The notes beneath the pieces were generated by a model. It ran no database searches, was not told the DNA's origin, and saw only the letters and a program-made list of their open reading frames with translations. 64,000 nucleotides of DNA from Azolla caroliniana (lineage: Eukaryota > Plantae > Polypodiophyta): assembly GCA_043228905.1 (NCBI GenBank), contig JBHGNT010000001.1, forward strand, positions 19,654,001-19,718,000. The letters run 5' to 3'. The position numbers and the translations under genes are program-made. This document shows, one piece after another, positions 13,701 to 26,000 of the stretch. Within the stretch, counting starts at the first letter, position 1, and each line of letters begins with the position of its first letter.

Positions 13701-15698
13701 TGTGACTTCGTGTCCACTTGACACACATCAGTATGCACCAACTCCAGTGGTGCATTACGTCTCACCAGTGGCCTTGAGCGGAAGGAGGTCCGGTTTTGTT
13801 TACCAGCTAGACAATCAGTGCACTTCTCCAAGTGCATGTTCTTCACTGGAATGAGGTTGTCGTCTACAACCCTCTTCATCCCCTTCTCGCTCATGTGACA
13901 CAGCCTATTGTGCCACAGCTCACCGGCAGTGCCGGATGCCACGTTCACTTCTTTTGGGCATAACCGGGCATTCATCAGGTACAACGTGTTGACCTTTTGG
14001 GCCCGAGCCACTATCAGGTTCCCTTTGCTGAATTTCATGACTCTGTTCCGGATGCTACCTGTGTAACCTTCATCATCTAACCGACCAGCTAATAACAGGT
14101 TCAGTCGAACCTCCGGAACGTGTCAGACATCCTTCAGTAGCAGCTTGCATCCGGTTGGTGTTGTCAACCACACATCTCCTATGCCAACAATTCGGCATGT
14201 ACCTTCATTCCCCATCCGAACACAATCGTGATCACCGGTTGTGTAGGATGAGAAGCATTTCTGGTCCGGGGTAAGGTGGAATGACGCTCTGCAATCGACA
14301 ACCCACGTTGTCTCGTCGCCGGCAAGGTTCAACTCACTCTCCTCGGTGATGAGCATCAACTCTTCTTCACTTGTCGCGGTTGTCGTTGTTCCCTTCCGGT
14401 CCAGTGTCCGCTTCGAATCGGTATCGTCGGTTTCCTTGTCTTTTCGAAAGTGCCGACAGTTCTTCTGGAAGTGTCCCGGCTTGCCACAATAGAACCAAGT
14501 AGGCCTCCCCCTTGACTTTAACCGTGTCCCAACTTTTCCCAGTTCTGGGGACTACGGTTCCTTTGCCTTCCGCGTTCCGATTCGGTAAGGAGTGCTTTGG
14601 AGTCAGAGCTCGTATCCGTATCTTTCCGACATGCCTCCTCATCTAGCAAGCTCGACTTCACTCTTGCTAGGGATAACCGTTTCCCTTCCGGCCCGGCGTT
14701 GCCCAAAGTGACGACCAACATCTCATATGTATCTGGAAGGGAACCGAGCAGGAGTAGTGCTAGTACCTCATCGGCGAGAGGTACTTCTAATGATGTTTCC
14801 TAGTGTATCAGCCCCTGGAAGGCATTCATGTGCTCCGCCATGCTGGAGCCATCTTGGTACCGGAGTCTTACTAGCTTCCGAAATACCGAAACCTGATTAA
14901 CAGCATTTTTGTTTTGAAACATGATGTTCATCTTCGCCCAGAGCTCATGAGCCTTGCTCTCTTCATTGAAGTTGTTGTATAGACTCATGTCGATGAAGCA
15001 CCGTATGTACGCCATTGTCTTCATGTGCATCACCTCCCATATCGTGGCATCGATCTTGTCCGGTCTCTTGTCCCTGAACTGAACCGGCAACCAAAGATCT
15101 TTAACCACGAGCATGACCCTCATCTTCGACTTCCACACTGAATAGTTGGAGCCGGTGAGCTTGAACATGCCTCCCAACGAATCGTCCATTTTTCTGTGTC
15201 GTTTCGCTCTGATACCAGTTTGTAGTTGAAATCGTTGCCGGCCACAACCAGTTTGCGTGTACGGAATAATAGTCAATCTAATGGAGAGGAAAATCAGAAT
15301 ACAGAAACTGAGAATGACACAAATTTTAACGTGGAAACCCGAACTGGGAAAAAACCACGTGGAGTCCACAAACTCCGAAACAGAACACTATGAGAGAAAG
15401 AAATACAATCAGAGATCTTAGAGGCAACGACCTCGAGATCCTGCTTCGCCAACAGGCGTGTATGGAGCTCACACGCTTCCACTCACACTCCTTCACTCTC
15501 ACTGTTACAGAGACCACGACCTCGACAACAGTAACTTTACAATAATACACACACATAGCATGATTGCCCTAAGTACTTATATACCAATGTAACCTTCCGA
15601 CTATTTACAAGTTTAGCCCTTCCGTGTTGGCTATCTCCATAGTTGCTCATCAACACGGTTCTTCTTACTTCCCATCCGGAGGGACCTGCTTCCTAACA
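10710..15698 (-). mobile_element. Copia family A, copy 2, full length and degenerate
   Basis: LTRs 10710-11157 and 15221-15698; TSD aacag on both sides; Met PBS ~15206-15217; gag-PR-INT-RT-RH ORFs broken by stops (WVVDC, VHTDVC, LLYVDD). Confidence 0.95.
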
Positions 15699-16336
15699 AA
15701 CAGCTTCTTCGACCGGTCCTGGGTGATGTGCATTCCCAATATCTGTCTTGCCGGACCCAAGTCTTTCATTGATAAAGTTCGGTTCAAAGCCTTCTTCAAC
15801 ATCTGTATCTTGACTTGGTCTCGTCTAACGATTAGCATATCATCGACATATAGGAGGAGTATCAGGAAATCTCCTCCGTCAAATTTCGTCACAAACATGC
15901 AGTGATCGGCTTGCGTCTTATGGTACCCTTGGTCGGTCATGAAGGAGTCGAACTTCCGGTACCATTGTCGGGGGGCTTGATTCAGTCCGTATAGGCTCTT
16001 CTTCAGCCGGCACACCAAGTGCTCCTTCCCTTTCCTCTCAAATCCTTCCGGTAGATGCATGTAGATCTCTTCTTCGAGGTCACCATGGAGGAATGTCGTC
16101 TTGACGTACAGTTGCTCTACCTCGAGGTCCATGCTTGCCGTTATTCCCAATACCATCTGGATGGATGTCATCTTTACTACCGGGGCAAAGATCTCATCAA
16201 AGTCCACTCTTTTCTTCTGCTGGAAGCCCTTCACCACGATTTGGGCCTTATACCTTGGTGGATTTCCGACATCTCCCGGTTTCAGCTTGTACACCCACTT
16301 GTTCCGGAGTGCTCTCTTCCCTTTTGGCAAATCCAT

Positions 16337-19300
16337 TGTCGTGGAGAAAACCGCCCCTAGGAGGAATCAAGGGGAGGAGGAGTGACCCAATCCCTTTTCG
16401 CGTGTGTGTGTGTTTGTGAATTGTACATAGATAGGAATAGATTGGCTGATGCACATATGTACTAGGAAGGGTATTAGTTGTCTAGGGAATCGATGCGTAT
16501 CTCTGTCAGAAAGGACAAAGAATAAAGTTGATCTGTTTTGATGTAACGGCCTCCTCGGCGACCTATAAAAGGGAGGGGAGAAGAAGAAGAAAAGGATATA
16601 TCGCGTTTTCGCGAGGACGAAGTGTTGTCGGACTGGGAACCGAGCTTTCTCCTCCTCGACCGTTGCTCTCCACTACGTTTCTGTGTCGATCGCCTCTGCT
16701 GCGTGTAAGCCCGTGTGCTTCTAGTGAAGGCTCCACCGTGTGTTCTCAGTGTCGTCTGTGTGTGCGTGGGACCTTCCTTTTGGGTCTGTTGCCGGTTGCC
16801 GGTTGTAATTGTTGTTGACATAGTAATGGAATCTTCTGTTCCCGTCTCTCTCTCTCCCTGTGTTTCTGTGAATCGCTCTCCCTCTTCTTTCTCACTCTCC
16901 TTGGTCCAGGGCCCCCGCGGTCCCGCCTCATTTCACACGCGAGAGCGTAACAACAGGACATAATCTGGTGAACCCGACGTGAAAGAAGGTGTCAAAGGAG
17001 TTGAAGATGAGGGGATCCGAGCTTGCTGAAGCTATGGCAGTAGTCGTCGACTGGCTAATGAGTGCTCATGAGGGAACAAGTGCCCTTGATAGGGCTGTGG
17101 AATCGATTGTCGGCACCATAGGTCGATTCGGTGGGAAGAATACCACGAGCTATTTGGAGGCCAATCGGGCCGAAATGATCATGAGGGACATGTCGGAGAA
17201 CAGACAACTATCCGGATTCCCTCGAATGGTGATGCCGAGCATCCACGCAGAGGTGCTCGAGGTGATGGCTAAATGCCAAGCTTGGGTGGAGCTCGAGGGG
17301 CGGTTCTTCGAGAAGTACGGGTACGATGATTCGCTTCGGCTATCGAAGCGGGATTTCATGGCTTGGGTTGAGAGCCCTGGAAAGGGGAGGAACGTGTCAG
17401 TGCTCCTCCAAGAATTTGAACAATGATTCGCTAGGCTGTCAGCGCCAGATCGGACCGTGCTCGACACAAGCAGAGTCTTGTTGTCCGTCAAGTCAGTGCA
17501 CGTGTTGGATCGGGAGAAGGTGGCTCTCCTATTGGAGACGGATGACGGCCTCACGGCCGACTGGGCTGTGGTCAAAGGGGTCTGTGCCCGCTTTGACAAG
17601 CGGTGTGAATGGAGCGATGAGGGTTTGACGGCGTCGGGGCCGGGGCTGGTCCCGGTGAGGAAGCTCGAGGAGCCAGTATCGGTGCCGGCTGGGAAGGAAG
17701 GAACTCAGAATTGGCTCGAAACGGACCTAGCCTCGAGCGGAGTGGTCCAAGGCTCTTCGGGAGGAGCAGCTCTAGAAGAACTGACGCAAATGGTGCGCGA
17801 CCTCCAGGTCGCCCAAGCACGGAGGGACAGCGGCGATCAACCTCGTGACCGGAGGCCGCCGACAGGGCAGCAATGCATGTGGTGTGATGCGGTCGGTCAC
17901 ATCCGGAAAGAGTGCGTGGATTTCGCAGATGCACTCCGGTCCAACGTGGTGTACCTCTGGAATGGGCGAGTGCATGTCGGCGACACGCGGAAAGCCCTAG
18001 AGTTGAACACCGGTCGCGGTGGGATGAAGCGCTTGACGGAAGAAGCCGTGGTGCGACATGCAAAGGCCGTCCACTACTCCATGTCGGCAGGTATCCGGGT
18101 CGGGGGCGACGAGGGCCAGAAGGCAAAAGACTCCGGATTCTAGCCGCTAGTGTTGGAAGGCCTCTCAGGGGTACGGCTAAGGAAGGAGGAGGCAGACCGC
18201 GTGGAACAACGTATCCAGGAGGTCACCGGATGGGACGATCCAGTTGAAGAAAAGACTGACTTCATGGAAGCTGCATGCCAAAACTATGAGGTTCTGGTAG
18301 AAGACAAGCACGCGGGAAGAACTGGGGGCGCCAGTCCCTCACAACGGTACGAGACCCGGTTCGGACCAAAGCAGAACGATGCTGGCAACACTGGGGTGCC
18401 GGATACAACGAAAAGGGACAGTTACCGGCTGAGCATGGAGATCGAGAGGTCAAAGGACCTGCGGAAGGTCCTCGAGGAGCAAATTCTCGACAGCAAGGTG
18501 GAGTTGTCGCAGAGGGAGGTGCTCGGAATCACCAAGAAGGAGTTCCACGATTCCATTGTGGACTTGGTGAAGCAGAAGCAGCTCTCGATGGAGCCGGAGC
18601 TGGAGAAGCCCGTGGAGGTGTGGACGACGCACCTAGAAGACACGGCCCTAGAGGATGAGTTGACGGATAGCTACTACGCGAAGTCACATTGGGCTAGGGC
18701 CACTACGGAGACCCCTATCCGGGTTGGAGACGTGTAGGAGCCGGTGGTGGCATTGATAGACCACGGCTCGGAGATCAACCTAATGTCCATGGACTTCTAC
18801 AAAAAGGGGAAGTGGCCGATCAACACCAAGCACGGGTGGAAGATACGCGCGGCGACACGTGCTACGGAGGAGCTGCATGGTGCGTGCCCAAATGTATGCG
18901 TAAAGATCGGCAACGTTCATATAGATCAACACTTCTTTGTGCAGGAGACCTCCTCGCACCCGGTGATACTTGGCGAGCCATACATTACGGCGGCACGAAT
19001 GGAAACAAAGGTGCTTAAAAACGGATCGGCGTATGTCCACATAAAGAGCCAGGACGGGCAACGCTTCGTTCAGTTTTTGACGGTGAGGCCGAACCATGAG
19101 CGTAACCGTGAGACCCTCGGCGGTAAGAGCCGAGGGGATTTTTAGAGAGGGCCATCAAGGCGTGGGGCCACGATAGTTTGGACACCCCCGAGGAACCCCA
19201 CACGTGTACCATAGGTAGAAATTTTTGGTTCTCCGATAACGGAGGTTGTACCATAGCCGGCATCAATGGCTGGGAAAAGAAGAAGGCGGAAGAGAGACTC

Positions 19301-20242
19301 GGGGCGCTCGGGGTCCTCGGCCCCGGCAAAGAGATTGGCGGTACCGTGGAGGCGGTCTCCTTCGATGACACCTTGGGGGAATTACGTGAGGTTGTCGAGG
19401 GAGGCCTTAGTGAAGACCGGGCAGTTCCGGTTAGTTCAGTGGAGATGTACGAAATCATCGCTAACTTCGGGGAAAAGGTCGGGTCCGGTCGGACGGCCCG
19501 TGTCAATACCAAGTACAAGACTGTGGACCAGAAGGTGAGGCCAGTCGCGGCACCCTTGCCGGAGGGCAGTGGAGAGCGAATGAAGGGGGTCACGTCGGAC
19601 CCAAGTTTATGTCAACCGGTAGGCATAGGGCACCAATTCACCGACATAACGCTACGGGAGCTGAAGGTCGGTAGGGGTGGGTTTCTACTGCCAGCGGAGG
19701 AGGACCAGTTTCGGAGGATGCTCGGAAGACACGGGAGAGCCTTCGCATTCTCGCCGGAGGACATCGGGTGCATAGACCCGACGATCATGGAGCTGATGGT
19801 GATATTCACGGTGCCGCATGTGCCATGGAATCTCAAGTCGATTCCGGTACCAAAAGCTCACATCCCGAAGTTGATGGAGCTACTGAAGCAGAAGGTGGAG
19901 ATGGGCATCCTCGAACTGTCGAACGCCCCATATTCGAATCGATGGTTTACTGTACGAAAGAAGAACGGCACGTTGCGCTTCATCCAGGACCTGCAAACGG
20001 TCAACAGGGTGACCATTCGTAATGCAAGTATCGGACCGACGATAGATGAGTTCACGAAAGCCTTCGCCGGAAGGTCAATCTATTCAGTCAATGATCTGTA
20101 CTCGGGGTACGATCAGTTCCAACTAGCCGTGGAAAGCAAGGATATCACGACGATGCGGACCCCTCTCGGCTTAGTGCGGATGTGTACCCTCCCGCAAGGA
20201 GGGACAAACTCGGTGGCACACATGGTGAATGCGATGAACAAG
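16337..20242 (+). mobile_element. Gypsy element with tRNA-Trp PBS (5' LTR, gag, PR, partial RT; 3' part lost)
   Basis: 5' LTR 16337-16960; gag with CMWCDAVGHIRKEC zinc knuckle; protease VALIDHGSEINLM; RT PYSNRWFTVRKKNGTLRFIQDL...DLYSGYDQ...LPQGGTNS, interrupted at 20243. Confidence 0.9.
16966..16982 (+). promoter_or_regulatory. primer-binding site complementary to the tRNA-Trp 3' end
   Basis: TGGTGAACCCGACGTGA is the reverse complement of the plant tRNA-Trp(CCA) 3' end TCACGTCGGGTTCACCA; it lies 5 nt after the LTR. Confidence 0.85.
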
Positions 20243-20727
20243 TGTTGAGAGACAAGCTCAACATCGGCCGGATCGGCTGAAGAAGCCGAGGACCGGATCG
20301 GTTGGGACCGATCGGTTAGGCCGAGTGTGTAAATCGGGAGGCCGTTAGGAAAGATATTCCGTGAGGAATATATTTGGCAGTTAGTGTAGGAGCTCTTAAA
20401 GAGCATTGAACTACGGTCAGTACTTCGGTCAGTCCTTCGAGGACTTGTATAAAAGTGTTCATGGAACACACATATGTATAGAGTAGTGAATTGAGGTTTT
20501 TTGTTGAATATAGTTCTTGTATTTTCTCTCTCACTCTCTCTGTCTCTCCCGCGTATACTGCGTAAGCTCAAGCTCTCCATTAAACCTTAGTTTTCTTCCT
20601 TCAGTTCGGTCTTCATACTTGCTTCCGCACGTTACTTTCTACATGGTATCAGAGCGCGAGGGTTGAGAACCTCTCCGCAGCCGACACAGCTTGACGAAGA
20701 AGAACAAGAAGAACAATTGATAGAGGC

Positions 20728-22692
20728 ATGGCGAGCTCGCTTCCAACAGAGAAGCTCGACAGAACCAACTACGTGTCTTGGTCTTACAAGATGCACCAGT
20801 ACTTGCTCGGGCACGGCTATTGTAGTTATGTCGAAGGAGCTAATGACGCGGCACCCGAATCGACACACAGAGACTTCCCGTCGTGGGAGCAATCGGCGAG
20901 CAGGGTATTATACTGCTTCACGTCCTGTGTGGGCGAACAGCTATTGAGCTATGTTCGGGATGCAAAGATGCCGAAGGGTGCGTGTGAAAATCTGAAGAAG
21001 ATCTTCGCCACGAGCACCACAGCCAGGAAGCTTCAGCTCCGACAGGAGTTGAGCAACCTACGACAACGCAACCTCTCAGTGGCGGACTATACCTCGAAGA
21101 TCAAGGATATCTGCGACTCCCTCGCCTCCATAGAGGTGAACATCGAGGAGAGCGAGATGGTCCAGATCTGTCTCGGAGGTTTGGCGTTGAAGTTCGGAGC
21201 GTTCCGGACGGCTGTGTGTACCCGGGAGAATACGCCGTCCTTTTTCGACTTACAGTCAATGCTCCTGGTAGAGGAAAACCACGCGGGTGCGTCTACAAGC
21301 ACGCACACCGACAGCAGAATGTTGTACACGGAGGGAGATAGGCCCCGTGGACGTGGAGGACGAGGCGAGTCGGCGCGCAATGGAGGCGGCCGACGAGATC
21401 AAGGAAGAAGGCACCGAAGTGATGCCGACAGCAACTCCGGACCCTCCGGAAACAGGGGGAGTCGAAGCGATGAGAACCGGCAAGGGAAGGCCATCGCGGA
21501 GTGCTGGTACTGTGGCAAGAAAGGCCACAGGGAAAGTGAGTGCTGGAAGAAGCGCGCCGATTCGGAGAGAACCGGTTCCGGAAACGGCTCCGGACATACC
21601 GACAAGGGAAATCGGCAGCGATCACACTACGCCGAAGACTCCGGGAGAGCCAGAGAAGGGTCTGCCTTCGTGACGAGACACGAAGAAAAGTCAATGAAAC
21701 GGATCACCCCGAGATCGGACGAGGTGTGGTACGTAGACTCCGGCGCGTCAAACCACATGACGAGCCATAAGGAGTGGTTCGCGTACCTTGAAAAACCGAC
21801 ACAACCTGGAGTAGTCGCAACTAGAGATGACACTCCGCATCCGATCGCAAATGTCGGAGAAGTTCCCCTTAGCCATGTCGGGCAGAAAGGGAAACTCATG
21901 AACGTGATGCACGTTCCGACAATCACGAAGAACTTGGCCTCGGTCGGACAGATCGTCGACCAAGGGATGGAGGTTCGGTTTACACACCTGGGGTGCTTCA
22001 TTGAGGAAGAAGGTCGTGTGATTGCTCAAGGGCGCAGAGACGGGAGGATGTTCATCCTCGACTCCACTGACGGCGGCACCGCAATGTTCGCGAAGGGAAG
22101 AAAAACCAAGTCGGACATCGACTTGTGGCACAAGCGGATAAACCACGTCAACTACCAACGGCTTCAAGATCTGCAATCGAAACAGGTAGTGTTCGGATTG
22201 CCCAAATTTAGTGGCCGAAAGGCACAAATTTGTGAAGCTTGCCAGCTCGAGAAGCAACACCGACTTCCTTTCCCCAACGAGCAAAACCGGAGCCGGAATA
22301 AGCTCGACCTTATACACTCCGATGTATGGGGGCCGGCACAAAACATTAGTCTTGGCAGGAGCCTATATTTCGTCTCCTTCATCGACGACCACATGCGGCA
22401 CACGTGGATCTACCTCATTGAGAGGAAGAGCAAAGTCTTCGACTGTTTCTGGGACCTCAAAGGGTTCATGGAAACGGAAACGGGACGGAAGATCAAGTGC
22501 CTGCGGTCGGATGGCGGGAAAGAGTACTTTTCTGGTAAATTCAACGGTTATCTACAACAAATGGGAATTCGGCGCGAATTCAGTTGTAGATACCCGTCAG
22601 AGCAGAACGGCGTGGCCGAGAGGAAGAATCGGTCAGTTGTGGAAGCGGCACGGGAAATGTTGGAGGAGAAGAGCTTGCCCAAGTTCTACTAG
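20728..22692 (+). CDS. Copia gag-protease-integrase polyprotein, N-terminal part (premature stop)
   Basis: 654-aa ORF: CWYCGKKGHRESEC zinc knuckle, WYVDSGAS protease, LWHKR...CEAC, IHSDVWGP, LRSDGGKE, QNGVAERKNR. Confidence 0.85.
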   Translation: MASSLPTEKLDRTNYVSWSYKMHQYLLGHGYCSYVEGANDAAPESTHRDFPSWEQSASRVLYCFTSCVGEQLLSYVRDAKMPKGACENLKKIFATSTTARKLQLRQELSNLRQRNLSVADYTSKIKDICDSLASIEVNIEESEMVQICLGGLALKFGAFRTAVCTRENTPSFFDLQSMLLVEENHAGASTSTHTDSRMLYTEGDRPRGRGGRGESARNGGGRRDQGRRHRSDADSNSGPSGNRGSRSDENRQGKAIAECWYCGKKGHRESECWKKRADSERTGSGNGSGHTDKGNRQRSHYAEDSGRAREGSAFVTRHEEKSMKRITPRSDEVWYVDSGASNHMTSHKEWFAYLEKPTQPGVVATRDDTPHPIANVGEVPLSHVGQKGKLMNVMHVPTITKNLASVGQIVDQGMEVRFTHLGCFIEEEGRVIAQGRRDGRMFILDSTDGGTAMFAKGRKTKSDIDLWHKRINHVNYQRLQDLQSKQVVFGLPKFSGRKAQICEACQLEKQHRLPFPNEQNRSRNKLDLIHSDVWGPAQNISLGRSLYFVSFIDDHMRHTWIYLIERKSKVFDCFWDLKGFMETETGRKIKCLRSDGGKEYFSGKFNGYLQQMGIRREFSCRYPSEQNGVAERKNRSVVEAAREMLEEKSLPKFY

Positions 22693-23074
22693 GCCGCGGC
22701 GGTAAGGACCGCAGTATACATCCAGAACCGGATCGGAGACAAAGTGTCGGCGCACGAGCTGTATTTCGGAACGAAGCCGAACTTGCGACACTTGAGGGTG
22801 TTCGGTAGCATTGCGTATGTGCATGTACCGAAGGACAGAAGGAGGAAGCTAGACGCAAAGGCCGAGAAATGCATCTTGGTCGGTTACTCGGACGAGCAGA
22901 AGGGTTATAAGTGCTATAACCCTCACACCAAACAAGCGCGTGTTAGCCGTGACGTTGTGTTTGACGAGTTCGCGTCCTCGTACCAGCCCCCGACTCCAAT
23001 CCGAGCTCTGACGATGAGGTCAGCGAGGCCGAGATGCCTCCGGATGAGCCCTAAATCGAGACCCGCGAAGAGAG

Positions 23075-26000
23075 TGTTGGGATTACGGTCCCTCCGGATG
23101 GGATGGTCAGATGTCCGGGAGCCGGATGATGAAGACCCCGGCTACGGAGCCGGATGATGAATGTACCCGGAGAGAGATCCGGATGCGGGGACATATTTGT
23201 GAATATGTTTGCCAAGGGCCCTTGAGGCTATATTTGTAAATAGCCCGAAAGTCATATGTGTATAAATATGACTTAGGGCAAACAGTTTGTAGTTGTTGCT
23301 CATTTTTCTGTTTTCCATTTAGAGGGAGCGAAGTGAGAGCAGCCGAGAGAGAGACGAAGAGGTCGTTGCCTCTGTGTATTACCGCCGCCTGTGGCGAAGA
23401 CAGTGAGCACAAGGTTGTTGCCTTGTAGCTTCACCATTGTACATCCCTGTTTATAGTGATGGTTGGAGTCTGAGGACTCCCGTGGTTTTTCCCATTTAGG
23501 GTTTTCCACGTAAAACATTCTGTGTACTCTTCTCTCTATTGTCTCGTGCATTTTGTATTTCCTGTTTTCTGAGAGTTGATCCTATTCCTCGGTTGTGGCC
23601 GAGCGCTAAGTGTTCTGCAACAAAGTGGTATCAGAGCAAGGTTAACACAGAAAATGGAAGGCGGCGGTAGTGGGCCTCCGGGCATGATGGTGTTGAACTC
23701 ACAGAACTACGCCGACTGGAAGATAAAGATGGAAGACCTTCTCATCGTCCGAGACCTGTACGAACCGATCGACAATGTCGAGATACCCAAGGGGGTAATA
23801 GAGTCGGAGTGGAAGCTCCTGAACCGGAAAGCCGTAGCGACGATCCGGCAATACGTCGATGTAAGTGTTCTGCAACATGTGGCGAACGATACGAACGCCT
23901 ATGAGATGTGGCAGAAGCTGTCCGGACTTTATGAGAGGAAGAATGCTCTGACCCGGACCTCCCTGATGAGGAAGATAGTGAATCTTAAGTACCGGGACGG
24001 CGAGAGCATGGTCGAACACGTCAGCACGTTCATGGGATTCGTGAACCAGCTTGCGGCGATCAAGTTCCCGTTGGATGACGCAATGCAAGCCATCATGCTG
24101 ATGTGTACCCTTCCGGAGAGCTGGGAGAACTTGGTAGTTACTCTCAGCACCTCCTGCAAGGAAGAAAACTTGTCTTTACTAACGGTAAAGACAAGTATTC
24201 TAAATGAAGAAGCGCGTCGGAAAGATAAAGAACCGGCCTCCGACTCGAAGGCGCTGCTTACCGAATCGGAACGGGGAAGACAACGGAACCGGAGTCCGCA
24301 AAGACGGGAGAAGTCGGGGACACGGTCGCAGTCGAGGGGAAGACCTACATGCTTCTACTGTGGGAAGCCGGGGCACTTCCAGAAGAACTGTCGGCATTTC
24401 CGGAAAGACAACGGAACCGACGGTACCGATTCGAAGAAGTCAACGGAGCGAAACGGTGCATACCGGGGAGCCACGGACCGGAGAGGTCCGGATCGGCGAG
24501 GGCAGGACCGGAAAGGAACGACGGCACTCGCGGCAAGTGAAGAAGAGATAATGCTCATTACCGAAGAGAGGGAGCTGAACCTTGCCGGTGAAGAGATGAC
24601 CTGGGTGGTCGATTCCGGAGCGTCGTTCCACCTGACCCCGGAGAAGAAATACTTCTCATCCTACACAGCCGGTGAGCACGGCTGTGTCCGGATGGGAAAT
24701 GAAGGTACATGCCGGATTGCCGGCATAGGAGACGTGTGGCTGATGACATCAACCGGATGCAAGATGCTGCTGAAGGATGTCCGTCACGTTCCGGAGGTTC
24801 GATTGAACCTGATTTCGGCCGGGAGGCTAGACGATGAAGGCTACACGGGTAGCATCCAGAACGGTGTCATGAAGTTCAGCAAAGGGAGCCTGATAGTGGC
24901 TCGGGCCCGGAAGGTCAACACACTGTATCTGATGAATTCCCGGCTATGTCCGGAGGAGCTGAACGTGGCAGCTGACACTGCCGGTGAGCTGTGGCACAAG
25001 AGACTGTGCCACATGAGCGAGAAGGGGATGAAGAGGCTTGCAGAAGACAACCTTATTCCAGTGAAGCATGTGCATCTGGAGAAGTGCACCGATTGCCTGG
25101 CTGGTAGGCAGAACCGAGCCTCCTTCCACTCAAGGCCACCGACGAGACGTAGCGCACCATTGGAGTTGGTGCACACTGACGTGTGTCAAGTAGAAACGAA
25201 GTCACATGGCGGAGCCCAGTACTTCGTGACATTCATTGATGACCACAGCCGGAAGCTGTGGACGGCACCGTTGAAGACAAAGGACCAAGTGTTGTGCGTC
25301 TTCAAGGAACTCCACGCGAGAGTGGAAAGAGAATCCGGCAAGAAGCTGAAAGCGATACGAGCGGATAATGGAGGGGAATACCGGGGGCAGTTTGCAGAGT
25401 ACTGTCGCTCGAAGGGAATCCGGCTCGAGTTTACTGTGCCGAAGACGCCGGAACTGAACGGGCTGGCCGAGAGGATGAACCGGACCATAATGGAGAGGGT
25501 CCGGAGTATGCTAGCACATGCGAAATTACCCAAGGGATTTTGGGCTGAGGCAATGTCGACGGCGGCGTATGTGATAAATAGATCACCCTCAGTACCTTTG
25601 GACGGAGACACGCCGCAGAAAGTGTGGACCGGTAAGGAAGTGTCCTACCGGCATCTGAAGGTGTTCAGGTGTCTCGCATACGTGCATGTGGCAAAGGACC
25701 GGAGAGGAAAGTTAGATCCAAAGACCCGGCCATGCATATTCCTCGGTTACGGCGACGACGAGTTCGGCTACCGAGTATGGGACCCGGTCGACAAGAAGAT
25801 ATTCAGGAGTCGAGATATCGTCTTCATGGAGGACAAGACACTCGCCGACTGGGAGTCGGAGAAGAAGATGAAGAGCTCCAAGTCGACCGGTGAGGATCAA
25901 CTCTACGAGGAGCAGTCCCGACCGGCAAGGGACCGGTTAGCACTCGAGGATCCGGCCGAAGACGGTGAAGAAACAAAACCGGCTGAGGAAGATGAAACTG

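Noticed and set aside
23576-23653. ORF-track start of the 1383-aa protein
   Set aside because: It is a non-ATG start inside the LTR and PBS; the first ATG at 23654 is the plausible start.
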